Shown: piece after piece, positions 1 through 12,381 of the stretch
How the letters are laid out: each line of letters opens with the position of its first letter
Position numbering within the stretch: position 1 is the stretch's first letter
DNA from: Eledone cirrhosa
Lineage: Eukaryota
DNA length: 64,000 nucleotides
Assembly: GCA_964016885.1 (NCBI GenBank)
Contig: OZ024743.1
Location: forward strand, 305,040,001-305,104,000
Direction: 5' to 3'
The notes under the pieces: generated by a model
The model's input: the letters and a program-made list of their open reading frames with translations, nothing else
The model's database searches: none
Told to the model about the DNA's origin: nothing
Translations under genes and position numbers: made by a program

Positions 1-29
1 AGCCTATTGGTGAACACCACAATTGCACT

Positions 30-1260
30 CAGAAGGCAACACATCCGCAGCTGCTAGCTGGGAAGGACCTGATGGCGGACCTGATATCTGCATCAGTAGC
101 CACAAGGAGCAAGTGGGGGTCGGGTGGGGGTATGGGTCTGAGATCAGTGTGTGGCTCAGGGTTTTTGAGCCGCAGAGCAGCCAGGACCTCCTCGGTTGAT
201 TGGAGGACAGTTTCCTCTGAGGCAACCACTCTGACTGCGGCCGAGACATCACCCATGATAAGCTTTGCGTTTACCTGGTCACGCAAACGCTTGGCGCTGG
301 CCTCGGGGTGGAGGATAGGGAGTACCTGAGAGTGAGGTGTGTGGCGTCCCTGGGCACGCTTGGAATGGGTTCGCGACAAAATGACGAGACATTGGCCATG
401 ACGAAGGCTGCAGTTGACCGGCCGCTACGGTCAGCGCCAGACCGGGGGAGGCCGAGCGAGAGTGGGGCGAAATAGAACAGCCACTCCCAGTCACTAGCTC
501 AATTGGAGTCCTGGGCGCTCTCAACCGAGGAAGCGAGGGCATCGGCTACCTGCATCCGTGCCGCTCTCGGGATCCTGAGTGGGAACTTCCGGAACCGCCT
601 GAGCCGAGCGATGTTGACCAGCGAGGCTCGGGCATCAGGAAAGTTCGCTGTCCCTTCTGGTGTTGTGCCAGGCGGCCGTGGCTGGGAAGACGTGGGGAAT
701 AGGCTGCTCCTGCACCTCCACGCTGCGAGGGCATTGGATGTTCGACGTGTCAAGCTAACGCAGGTGAGGTGGTGGAAGCAGCCGCATCCAAAACAATTCC
801 GGCTCCTCTTCCGTTTGTTAGTGGTGCCGCAAGTGCTACAGGTCCCGATTTGGAGGGTGGGGGATGGAGCGTGGGGCCGGAGACTGGGGCACCGAGCAGC
901 ATTAGGGGTGGGTGGCTGGCGTTTGTGGGTGGAAGGGAAAGTGCTGGTAAGAGGGCCGCATATATATGGAGGTGCCAGAAAGCGGGAGCGAAAAGGGGCT
1001 GCATGGACGGGGAGACACAGGAAGGTAGAATGGCATTAACTGAATGAGTGAATGGATGGATGGGTGAGAAAACAAGGAGTTGTTCCCAGCGGAACGACCC
1101 AGAGTTCAGCACGCACATATGCGAGCAACTTAGCAGTTTGTCATAGGACCTAGTTGCTGGTGGTGAGTCAATGATGCTGGGGTTGGCTTCCTCTTGTTAA
1201 TGGTAGAGTGTTTGTTGTTACTGACACTGTTGTCGTCGTTGCCTTCCTCTTGTTAATGGT
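30..1260 (-). mobile_element. Decayed CRE-clade-like non-LTR retrotransposon, 5' part (PHD finger plus region N-terminal to the RT)
   Basis: GC-rich island. The minus frame reads CSTC...CFGCGCFHHLTC...WRCRSS (PHD-like), then RIPRAARMQVADAL, DWEWLFYF and VNAKLIMGDVSAAVRVVAS...LRLKNP...IRSAIRSFPASS, motifs typical of CRE-type ORFs just before the RT. In-frame stop at 499-501 and a frameshift. Boundaries approximate. Confidence 0.7.
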
Positions 1261-1811
1261 GAAGCTATAGAGCGAAATACAAAATCGACCAACAGACAAT
1301 TATATAAAAACAGTTTCTAGAAATAAAAGTCAACATTTCTGTCTGGGATATAAATATTTGTTTTACATTTTCGCAAACATCGTAACGATATTCTCAAAGT
1401 ACGCGCTTACGGTATTTGAATATGAACTGAACCGTCGTGTCATTTAATTTGAATAGTGGAGCAAAGTAAAAGGAGAATAGTGAATTTGGAGTGTCAATCT
1501 CTTGTGATTTTTTTTTTAATACCGGACTTAGTTTTCCAGGATTTATAGACTCAATTTTTTTTTTTCCTTCAAAAGGATGGAGGCGTTAATGAAATGTCTC
1601 TATCATTTTCAGTCGTGTCCAACTTTATTGTAGAATGTAAAGCATCTGATACACATATGATGTAAACTATAGATAGAATGGATATCGTCTTCATGCATGC
1701 ATAAATGTAAATAATTAAATGTCATAACTACTATATTTAATGAAAGTAGATGTCATAAGCAATGCCGAAAAAAAAAGAAAAAGAAAAGCATCTACTTCAA
1801 AAGCGATGCGT

Positions 1812-1890
1812 GTTGAGGCTGACATGAGTCGAACACGTGACCACCAGTTTTCTAGTCTAGTACGATAGCCAATGACTAACAAATGACTAC
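1812..1890 (-). pseudogene. Degenerate tRNA-like sequence (isotype uncertain); second copy at about 3992-4070
   Basis: Minus strand has A-box-like TAGTCATTGG and B-box-like GTGTTCGACTC at tRNA spacing, followed by a T-run (Pol III terminator-like; A-tract at 1767-1787 on plus). The acceptor stem does not pair. Confidence 0.45.
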
Positions 1891-2215
1891 TGAATTTTCG
1901 GCTGACAATTTAAATTACTATAGATAATATTTTAGACAGTACGATCTTGGAAAGTGTTTCTAATTATTTCGTATTGATGACCAAATTATGTCCACTATTG
2001 GAGAAGTAATTTAATTTCACTTGGTCTATAACAAGTCTTATGTTTGTTAGACTCACTCATAAAATTCGTATCCAATCAATTTTAGTTATTATTTACTCGA
2101 TAGTTTAAAACATTTCCTAAACATTCATACTCTAAAATTAACAACAAAGAGAGTGTGGTAAGAAACCAGGTGGACCATTACAAAGCTGAGAACTCGATAC
2201 TTAGGGTAGTAGAGT

Positions 2216-2295
2216 GGCTGAGCTCCGGCCGTTTTCACAGCTAGATCAGAACTGAGTTCGGATCTAGCTGTCGAAACGGCTTTAGCTGCTCAGCC
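2216..2295. other. Near-perfect 80-nt hairpin/palindrome, copy 1
   Basis: GCCGTTTTCACAGCTAGATC pairs with GATCTAGCTGTCGAAACGGC (19/20 including one G-U). Inner GAAC/GTTC stem and outer GGCTGAGC/GCTCAGCC stem. Confidence 0.85.
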
Positions 2296-2461
2296 TTCGG
2301 GATCCTGATTCTTTTCCTACTCCCAAATTATTGTAGATGGGGAAACCTGAAATGCTGCTATTTTTGTACGCTTCATTTGTCCAATTTCACATGAATCCCA
2401 TTTATAAACCATTTTCTCATATATCAGTTTATATTTGTGAAACGTTGTCAATACTTTACGT

Positions 2462-2548
2462 GACGAGGTGGCCGAGTGTTTAAGGCGGTATAATCCTAAG
2501 CCATTGCTTACTTACATTTTTAGTTCCGTTCGGTCCGTATCTTCGTCG
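2462..2548 (+). pseudogene. tRNA-Ser(GCT)-derived pseudogene, copy 1
   Basis: Starts GACGAGGTGGCCGAGTGTTTAAGGCG (metazoan tRNA-Ser(GCT) 5' end GACGAGGTGGCCGAGTGGTTAAGGCG) and ends CTTCGTCG, so the acceptor stem pairs. Anticodon arm and T arm are decayed. Confidence 0.75.
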
Positions 2549-4395
2549 AAGCTTTATTTACATTTTTACATTTCATCTGATATCTTTATTTTCTTTTATC
2601 TTCTAGTCATCAACAGTTCGTTTAGAATTTGTCATTTCCTTTCATTCGATCACGCATTTTAATTTTCTCTAATGATCGTTTCCTAATACATATTTTAAAC
2701 TTTCTCTCAGTCTAAGTTTTTATCATGTCTAGTTCAAGACTCAATGCAGCTATTACGCGAGAACGCATAAGTGTAATTGATAGAATGATATATTATATGC
2801 GGTGACATTTATATAGTTTCTTTGATATCTTCTCAAATATATCAAGAAACTATAACGTAATATTTACTTTGAACAAACAATAACAGGTAATGTGACTTTA
2901 AATGTAAGTAATATGAAAATACAGAGATACAGACTAAGTACGAAATTAAGAAGCATTTAAAGGTTAGACAAAAGTCCTAAGCATTCGATTTCCATACGAA
3001 ATTACCGAAAGACGCCTTTAAACACTATCACTAACTATTAAGCCATATGCCTTTACATATTTGAATACGAATTCAATAAGAATTTTATAACGAATATGGA
3101 GCTGTAAAAAATATATACATATATACCAGTTCGGAACACAAACGAACCAAATGTACACCACCACTGTCTCTCCCGCTCTCTCCATCCCTCATCATTATGT
3201 TTATATGGGCTTTCCAGCCGATTCTATTCCACTCCATTTGTCAGATATATTTATAACAGCTAAACGAATTCATCCAATCTAAATTTACAAATTGTTATTG
3301 TGAGGTCATAAGAAAGAAGTTAACTAAACATTTCATGCAAAGGTAACGGCTTTTCTCAAAGTCTTACCTTTCATTATGCATATTAATGGCTGAGCAGCCT
3401 AATTCGGACGGCGGTGGTTATACTGCAATATAGAATAAGAATTTCAGCATAGGCTAGGGACGGTTCTTTTTTTAATGAATTTCATTGTCACGTAAGTTGA
3501 CTGTACTCATGTGAAATTCTGCAATAATGGCTCCATCTAAATATGGAAATATTCGCTTTTAACTACTTCATCAAATCAAATGAATCTTTATATATAAGCA
3601 GTGAATGATTTATAAACGGATCAAAGTATGTGGATATGTGTAGCTATATTTTATCGAATACAGAGAAGATTTAATGTGATTGCGAATGCATTCCTTTACT
3701 TCTAACAATACAATAGCATCGTATTTTCAATTTTCACTATTGGCTTTTAATCACACTATCCCTATTTGTTAATGAAATGTCTCTATCATATTCAGGGGCG
3801 TTCAACATTTATTGTAGAATGTAAAGCATCTGATACACATATGATGTAAACTATAGATAGAATGGATATCGTCTTCATGCATTCGTAAATATAAATAATT
3901 AAATGTCATAACTTATATATTTAATGAAAGTAGATGTCATAAGCAATGCCGAAAAAAAGAAAGAAAAGCATCTACTTCAAAAGCGATGCGTGTTGAGGTT
4001 GACATGTGTCGAATACCTGACCACCAGTTTCCTTGTCTAATACGCTAGCCAATGACCCACAATTGACTACTGAATTTTAGGCTGACAATTTAAATTACTA
4101 TAGATAATATTTTAGACGGTACAATCTTTGAAAGTGTTTCTAATTATTTCGTATTGATTACCAAATTTTGCCCACTATTGGAGAAGTAATTTAATTTCAC
4201 TTGGTCTATAACAAGTCTTATGTTTGTTAGACTCACTCATAAAATTCGTATCCAATCAATTTTAGTTATTATTTACTCGATAGTTTAAAACATTTCCTAA
4301 ACATTCATACTCTAAAATTAACAACAATGAGAGTGTGGTAAGAAACCAGGTGGACCATTACAAAGCAGAGAACTCAATACTTAGGGTAGTAGAGT

Positions 4396-4475
4396 GGCTG
4401 AGCTCTGGCCGTTTTCACAGCTAGATCAGAACTGAGTTCGGATCTAGCTGTCGAAACGGCCTTAGCTACTCAGCC
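4396..4475. other. Near-perfect 80-nt hairpin/palindrome, copy 2
   Basis: The core 53 nt are identical to copy 1. Confidence 0.85.
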
Positions 4476-4641
4476 TTCGGGATCCTGATTCTTTTCCTAC
4501 TCCCAAATTATTGTAGATGGGGAAACCTGAAATGCTGCTATTTTTGTACGCTTCATTTGTCCAATTTCACATGAATCCCATTTATAAACTATTTTCTCAT
4601 ATATCAGTTTATATTTGTTAAACGTTGTCTAGACTTTACGT

Positions 4642-4728
4642 GACGAGGTGGCCGAGTGTTTAAGGCGGTATAATCCTAAGCTATTGCTTACTTACATTTT
4701 TAGTTCCGTTCGGTCCGTATCTTCGTCG
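4642..4728 (+). pseudogene. tRNA-Ser(GCT)-derived pseudogene, copy 2
   Basis: Same sequence as 2462-2548 within the duplicated block. Confidence 0.75.
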
Positions 4729-5449
4729 AAGCTTTATTTACATTTTTACATTTCATCTGATATTTTTATTTTATTTTATCTTCTCGTCATCAACAGTTCG
4801 TTTAGAATTTGTCATTTCCTTTCATTCGATCACGCATTTTAATTTTCTCTAATGGACGTTTCCTAATACATATTTTACACTTTTTCTCAGTCTAAGTTTT
4901 TATCATGCCTCGTTCAAGACTTAATGCAGCTATTACGCGAGAACGCATAAGTGCAATTGATACGATGATATATTATATGCGGAGACATTTATATAGTTTC
5001 TTTGATATCTTCTCAAATATATAAAGAAACTATAACGTAATATTTACTTTGAACAAACAAATACAGGTAACGTGGCTTTCAATATAAGTACCTCGCCTCG
5101 TTAAGAAGCATTCAAATGTTAGACAAAAGTCCTAAGCATTCGATTTCCATACGAAATTACCGAAAGCAGCCTTTACACACAATCACTCTAACTATTAAGC
5201 CATATGCCTTTACACATTTGAATACGAATGCAATAAGAATGTTTTACTGAATATGGAGTTGTAAAAAATACATACATATATACCATATACTCAGCCGTCG
5301 GGACCCTGATTCTTTTCCTACTCCCAAATCAATATAGATGGGGAAACCTGAAATGCTGCTATTCTTCTACCCTTCATTTGTCCAATTTCACATGAATCCC
5401 ATTTATAAACTATTTTCTCATATATCAGTTTATATATGTGAAACGTTGT

Positions 5450-7409
5450 CAGAAGATTTCGTCATCTATGCAGGTCTGGTGAATTGCAATTTTGAACATT
5501 TGCAGCTACCTCAGATGACAGATGACCAATTTAAATCATTGTTGTTTGCGTGTTACAGACATCAGAAGATGCTGATATGTATTATTAATAGTTTGGAATA
5601 GTCACCAGACATGGAGTTACAAGACGTGACTACCGAATTCCAGCAGTTGGTGAGTTTAAAGCATTATATAGCAATGGTAGATAAAAGTCATCCAAATTTA
5701 GCTCAAGCCATTTTACCTTCACAATGACAATAAAAATAAAAAATCTCATTGAATCTCATTGGGCACAATGAAAGATGCCTGACAGTACTCTGGCATTGTG
5801 GCAATTGGCATTATGCCCAATTTTACAAAATTAGAAATTACAGATGTCACAATTGTTGTGTTATCTTGAAAATTAGTGTTGCGTCACTATCTATTGTTGA
5901 ATAGAAAAACAGATGTCAATGGGAAGACACAAACATCAAATTCGTACACAATTCACATCGACTGATGCACCACCAAAACGAAGGCATGTCTAGTTACTCG
6001 TTTACTAACGGGTCCACTTTAGTTAGACACGGCTTCTGACATTACTCTAATTTCAAGACAAATTTGGCGGTATATTGGTCGGCCTAAAATTGTAGCCATA
6101 ACTAAAACTACACAAATTATATCTGGAAACTGACTAAATATTTGTAGCCAAATTAACTCCAACGTCAAGTTTGAAAGAGACAAAGATCAATGATATTTGT
6201 TATGTGATGAACAATATAAATTTAGATCTTTTTGGTCTCAATTGGCTTGAAAATCTGTACAGGCTGGACCAACAAATGAACGAAATTTGTAACCATATGC
6301 AGATACTATCTTCAGTAGAAACAAATATGCTGTTAAAATTAACTCAAAAATGTTGTCAGTGTTTGCCGATAGATTGGAGTTATGTACCAAATTTGAAGCT
6401 ACCCTAATGATATGCCCAGAATCATGTCCAGTTTTTTGTCTAAAGTTTCCTGTGCTACATGTAGCCCAGGCTTTGGTGGAGAAAGAATTCACCTGTCCAC
6501 AACAGAGTCGAATTTTGACGTCACTGACTTATTCCACTTGGAAAGCACCAATTGTCGTGACCAAAGAGCTTAATAGGTTGTGCTGATATTTCAGCACTAA
6601 ACGAAGTACTTGATGATCCTCTGTATTCACTCCCTTTTCCAGATGACTTATTTGCAAAATTAAATAGGCGGGAAATGTTTGCAAAACTTGATTTAGCCGA
6701 GGCGATTTGCAAATTTTGGTGGTTCAAAGTTCACAAGAATTACTGCAACCAGGTGATACCGTACTTTTTTGCAACCATTGTAAACGGGAGTTATTATACA
6801 CAAATGGGAAAGGTGATTTATGACATCCAAGTTCGACAAAACAGCTGGACTAGATATATTAACCAGATGTGTTACAAAAACGAACTTTTACATCAATCTC
6901 AGCATGAATCACAGCTAACACTTGAAATCATTTTAGATACCTTTAATCTACCTGTGAAAACAATAGTCAAATATCAAACCAAACACTTTGACATTCTACT
7001 CACCAAAGAAAACTAGTATTGCCTCCGAAGGTAAACCCTTATCTCCGACCATATGACCAAGGACCTTTAGGTGGGGGTATTAGGAAGATCCACAGGCAAG
7101 AATCAAAATCATGACCTTCAAATTATCAAGGCTTTTTTACGAATGTAAAATAATCCACTTGGAGGAGGCAGATGTGCGAATATTTGACATGATTTCGACA
7201 AATCTACTATTGTCCAATCAGTGTATGACACACATGCATGTTCCAGAACATTCTGAAGTCTTGGCTGTATATAAACATAGAGGATATGTTTGTAGGTTTG
7301 TGGCGGATGGGTGGGGAATCGTACACCTTCAAAAGTTCAGTGTTTCAATATATATTCACTTGATCATCTTTTTTCTGTTCTCATTTCAATTGTTGAGAAA
7401 AATATAACA
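5450..7409 (+). mobile_element. Decayed Ty3/Gypsy LTR retrotransposon (gag-pol fragments plus 3' LTR at 7078-7409)
   Basis: Fragments YAGLVN...MTDDQFKSLLF (gag), LDTASDITLIS (protease), WKAPIVVTK and FAKLDLAEA (RT). Purine-rich AGGTGGGGG is followed by TATTA...TAACA (TGTTA...TAACA LTR ends with one change). Confidence 0.8.
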
Positions 7410-7821
7410 GGTATAATAGTTTTTTCTCTTCATGTAGCATCAAAAGGACTGAATATGTAGGAGGCAGGTCCAGGGAAAAGAAACTTACAGGTAGAGTTGC
7501 TGATAGCCTACAAGAATGCCATGAACGATATTGTCAGATATAAATGACAACAAATGTCTCTGCAAATCTTGGGTCATATCTCATATTTTGAGTGGGCTAT
7601 ATTACAATAAACTAGGAATATTATATAGTACAGTTGAATAAATTAAGTCTGTTATTGCAATTACTAATACTTATTTGATAAAAATTCACCTAACATTTTT
7701 GCCACTTCCCCTATGATAGGCCTACCTGTATTTCTTAATAGCTAGTTATATTATACATGAGCTATATGAAAAAAATTAATATTTTAACAAAAGATTTCAG
7801 TGTGACATTAAGAATAAAGTA

Positions 7822-7822
<1 letters not shown>

Positions 7823-7864
<42 letters not shown>
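7823..7864. repeat. (TA)n microsatellite (similar tracts at 18144-18258, 29791-29827, 32843-32947, 42880-43020)
   Basis: Direct reading. Confidence 0.95.
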
Positions 7865-7867
<3 letters not shown>

Positions 7868-8234
7868 AAGAAAGAAACAAAGGTTATAACTAAAAATAAA
7901 ATGACAACATAACAAATTAGTTCATATCACACTAATTTTTTATTAAAATTGCAAAATTATTATGAAAATTATTATATAATCATAAATCATTTAAATTTGA
8001 AAATATAGTCACTGTAACGCAGATAACAACAATAAGAGTTGATAATCAAATAATAGTTGTATAAGTTTGAAAAATTACCCCTGGAGACAGAAAAATGTGA
8101 ACAGAAACACCTATGGTGAATCAAAACGTGTGTGGTTGTATCCCCAGTTATATGCACCCTTACTTTAAAGAAAAAGGTTTGTGGGGTGAAAGTTTTATTA
8201 TTATTATCATTATTAACATTATTATTATTTGCAG

Positions 8235-8600
8235 TGGATTGGTAGTATCAGTAGAGGGTTGGACGCCATGCTTCGCAGCAAAGAGTTACGGCCCTTTATG
8301 GTCTGAGTTCAAATCCCTCCGAGGTTAACTTTGCTTTTCATCCTGACGTGGTCGATAAAATAAAGTACCAGTAATACACTGGAATAATTGCTGGCCTTGT
8401 GCAAAAAATAGAAACAATTATTATTTGCAGCATAGTTACTGCCGTTTAAGTTCCGAGTTCAAATTCCACAGAGGTTAGCTTTGCCATCCATCCTTACAGG
8501 GTCGATAAAAAATAAAGTACTAGTAATGCAATGGGGTCAATTTAATCGACTTTCCCCTTCCCCAAATTGCTGGCTTTGTGCCTATATAAGAAAGCATTAT
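8235..8600 (+). mobile_element. Two adjacent tRNA-derived SINE copies (family A)
   Basis: B-box GAGTTCAAATCC and core GCCTTTCATCCTTACGGGGTCGATAAAATAAAGTACCAGT (Nin/Deu-type core-like). TSD ATTATTATTTGCAG at 8221-8234 and 8417-8430. Confidence 0.85.
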
Positions 8601-8774
8601 TATAAGAGGTAGTAGTAGTAGTAGTAGTAGTACCTCCCCAATATTGGAGATCAATGCTTCCTTCTCCCCTCTCCTACCTGCCATGTGCCTATGGCTCTAT
8701 ATTTATTCTTATTATCCCATCTTATCCTGTTTCTCTCATAGAATAGAAATGACCCTTAACTTGAATCAATGATT

Positions 8775-9080
8775 GACAATCTCACTAGAGCTGGTACCAT
8801 GAAGAACACACCCAGTACACCTTGTAAGGTGGTTGGTGATAGAAAGGGCATTCAGCTATAGAAACCACACCAAGGGTCTTCTTTAGTTGTGTCAAAGACA
8901 TGACAACCTCCCTAGTGCTGGTGTCATGATGAAATGCACCTGATACACACTATACAGTGTAGGAAAATATATAAACAAAATATGTTCTCATCAGTTTATC
9001 TGAGTGGTCTGAAGTAGTGACTGAGATCTGTAATAATCTACTCATGCTAGACAGGAGAACAGATGTTAAATGATAATTGC
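8775..9080 (+). mobile_element. Decayed RTE-type 3'-UTR/SINE fragments
   Basis: GTGGTTGGTGATAGAAAGGGCATTCAGC and AGTGCTGGTGTCATGATGAAATGCACC match the RTE 3' UTR seen elsewhere in the window. Confidence 0.6.
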
Positions 9081-9296
9081 CATTAGCTTTATTTTAATTA
9101 TGTGTTAATGAGAAGTCTTGTTTTTTAGTGTTATTGTATTTAGTGTATGGAAATTACTCCTTGTAATACATGTTCAGTGCCTAGTAGTGCTATTTTCTAT
9201 ATGCTTTATATATTTGTAAGTCTTGGGATTTTTGTTATGCATCTGTGTATGTTCTTCTATAATTCCCAGAGCAACAATTATCATAGGTGGTTATAA

Positions 9297-9490
9297 TAAT
9301 GGTTTCTGTGGGGAGGGGAAGTTGATTAAATTGACCCCAATGCATTACTGGTACTTTATTTTATCGGCCCTGAATTATGAAAGGCAAAGTTAACCTCTGC
9401 GGGATTTGAACTCAGAACATAATGGGATGTAACTGTATGCTACAAAGCATGTTGTCCGATGCCCTACCAATAATAATAATAATAATAATA
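9297..9490 (-). mobile_element. SINE family A copy
   Basis: Reverse complement of the family A core (actggtactttatttt...gaaaggcaaagttaacctc...ggatttgaactc). Confidence 0.8.
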
Positions 9491-9834
9491 ATCATACCTT
9501 CGGTGTATAGGATGCAGGCAGATTTTGACACGAAATCTTTGGGTAAAAGAAGTCTATTGTATACTCTGGAAAATACAATAACTTTCTGTATGAAAACATA
9601 TAAACTATAATTAATATATTTATAATTAAGCTAGGAATGTTCAAAGAATACCTTTTCATATATAAACTTATCATAGATACGTAGAGCATGAGAAAGAAAA
9701 TAAGCAAGAATCAGATGAGATTGAAACCTATCTCATCTGGTAAGATTTTTGATAATTGTAGGATTAAGCGGTTAATAGAGTTAATAAATTCAGGTACACA
9801 ATAATTTTGTAGGAAGCACTTTGTTTGGAATTTG

Positions 9835-9996
9835 TTATATATATCTGTTAATCCATGACATCAATTCATAGATATTGACAAATACACTTGGTTGTGAAAT
9901 ACGTCCACGACAATAGTTAAAACCATAGCTAACAATACCATATACAGCCCAGTTTCCTTCTTCATTGGGGCATACTAATGGACCTCCACTGTCACC
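9835..9996 (-). CDS. Terminal exon of mosaic serine-protease homolog (GDSGGP motif to stop)
   Basis: AG acceptor at 9998-9997. Translates GDSGGPLVCPNEEGNWAVYGIVSYGFNYCRGRISQPSVFVNIYELMSWINRYI*. Phase 0 matches the upstream exon. Confidence 0.95.
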   Translation of the reverse strand, partial: GDSGGPLVCPNEEGNWAVYGIVSYGFNYCRGRISQPSVFVNIYELMSWINRYI

Positions 9997-12381
9997 CTAT
10001 AACGGAATAAAAAATAAGAATATTCAAATATCATCATAGCATGGAAAATTTATTAGATATTTATCACAAATCTGCATTCAACATCATCACCATTTTATAT
10101 CCATTTTCCACGCTATACAGAACTGTTTTGGGCTTAGTTTCTATGGCTACATGCTCTTCCTAACGCTAACCATATTTATAGTAAGTTGTCCTATTGTGAG
10201 ACAAGCCAGATCGTGTCTTGCTCATACAGAACTGTTTCTGTCTTGATGCCCTTCCTATTGCCAACCAATTTACAATGTGGACTGGGTGTTTTTTTATCAT
10301 AATTATCACCAGCCATAGAAGCAAGGATTCTTTTTATTAAAAAGAGTAAACATAACAGTCTTTTATAGTGGCTTGTTTTTCAATTTAGTTTTAATAACAG
10401 CAGGATTTCTCAAATGATATATAAGTTAGACTGTGGTAATGATAGTTAATGTTCATTCATAGATTTAATAATTCATATTTGATCAGTTGCAAGTTGATTA
10501 GTTGTTATTAATTTGACAACCTTGTGGTTATCCGGGATATTATATTTTAAGAAAAATATAAAGACTAAACATTTTTTCATTTGTTGAAAATGTTTTTGAG
10601 ATCCATTTTCCATATAGTCAACTGACATATTGATACATTTATATAAACAGAGATAGAGAGTTTTACAGGTTAAAAAAAAAAAATGTTGGTTAGATGACAT
10701 GTTTTGCTCTTTAAAAGATTTACTTGTATTCTTTTATATACGTTGATGCCAATTCTATATATGCTGGACTTCATTGTGATTTTTATAGTGCTAAACAGTG
10801 TTTCTACATAGTTATGAATGAGTAATGCAAATAAAAAAATACTGTGCTGGCTTCGAACTGGACATATACTGTGCTGGCTTCGAACTGCATTCTATCAAGA
10901 ACGGGTCATAGAGATTTACTTCTATGTTCTTGTGGTGACTCTCCAGCAACTCTTTGAAACTATTTGTTCCAATGTAGAAACTATCAGTCTGAGAGAGAGG
11001 CTATGCTGAAACCAATCTTTAAAAAACTACTAAGATTGGAAATTCAATATTTGAATACAGGTCTACCAAATATAAACAAAATCTTTGAGTACATGGAAGC
11101 TACAAAAGAATTGAATATGAGAATCTCTATCTGTTGTACAGCTTCCCTTGTTTCCTGTTTTTATTTTCATTTTCTGGGGCATAATCTGCCTCCCATTGGC
11201 CTTCACTGTTTGAAATGTTATTTTTGTTATTTATTTTTTCCCCCTTTTCTCTTTTTCTATTATTATTTTTATTTTAGTTTTTAATTTTTTTTCTTTCCTT
11301 TTTTATTACTTGTCTCACTAGCTCTTTTTGATTACCAGCTGTAAGGAGTACTCAATACTTCTCCAAGTCTGTCATGGCTTACTAGTTCTATACGGACCTT
11401 TAAATTGAATAAATAAATAAATCTAATTCTAATTTTTACATGAGAGAAGTTGAGCCTAGCACTGGGAGCTAATTATATAGCTAATACCTTACTCAGTACA
11501 CATTTAGCTGTTCTCTACTAATGAGTGAACTGTACCATTGAAAGTTGACTATGCTTGTCATGGATACGTTACAACATAATTGGCACAATACAAACCATTG
11601 ACTTATCAGGAAAAGAATCAATAGTTTGAAAAGAATCAACTGATGATTCAGTTAACTATGATTTTCACAAAAAAAGAATGTCATAAAATATATCATTAAA
11701 TTTTATATTCAAAACAAAAGACACAAAGAAGAATCTATAAAGTTGAGCCAGTATATATCTGTCCCAGTTTCCATTAGTCAATTTGTAATGAAGTATTTAA
11801 TTCATTCCAATAATGGTGAGCTTATGAATATGGTTTTCAGTTAGTGCTATATGTAGTGCTTTTTAATTTTATGAATTTCCACTGATTTTTTTGCATATAA
11901 AAAATTTTTTTATCTAAAAATAATAGATTTTACTCCAGTGAAAAGATGCCAACTCTTTAGATGTTGTTTAGTTTCAGGTTAGCCCTAAATAAGGATTTCA
12001 ATGACATGTAGGTAGGACTAAGTGAGATCTACAAATCTTTTGTCACAGTCATGTCATACTTTAACTTAGTGGAGAACCATACAGTCTACTCTAACCTACG
12101 GTGGTTTATCATTTCAAAAAGGAAATGCACTGGATGCTACTGTGTCTGTACATTTTAGCTGGAAATGAGATATTTTTATAAACACTATCAACATATATGT
12201 TACAATTCGTAATCAGTTTTGAATTGAGGATCTTGTTGTAGAATAAAAGACTAGATGATTAATTAATTTCATATTGTCTATTTCAATATCATTGTAATAT
12301 TATTAACAATTTCTTTCAATCTTTTTCTCTTTTATCTCAAATTTCTCTCAATCTTCAGTTTATAAATAAGACCATTATTGT

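Larger units (their letters stand above)
1585..5285. repeat. Direct duplication with 2180-bp offset (about 1585-3128 and 3768-5285) plus a third partial copy at about 5289-5450
   Basis: Near-identical text at 1585/3768 (gttaatgaaatgtctctatca). ORFs at 2468 and 4648 are near-identical. 5289-5450 repeats 2289-2450. Confidence 0.95.

Noticed and set aside
503-1047. Plus-strand 178-aa and 92-aa ORFs
   Set aside because: Antisense shadows of the GC-rich retrotransposon ORF.
3385-3472. Possible Pol III ncRNA (TGGCTGAGCAG... ending in a T-run)
   Set aside because: No B-box or convincing terminal stem; no recognisable match to vault, Y or U RNAs.
2468-4842. Duplicated 64-aa ORFs (MAECLRRYNPK...)
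   Set aside because: GTG-start ORFs that begin in the tRNA-Ser pseudogene A-box; no protein features.
10840-10889. Short tandem duplications (27 bp here, 28 bp at 47008-47063)
   Set aside because: Ordinary two-copy slippage events with no further structure.
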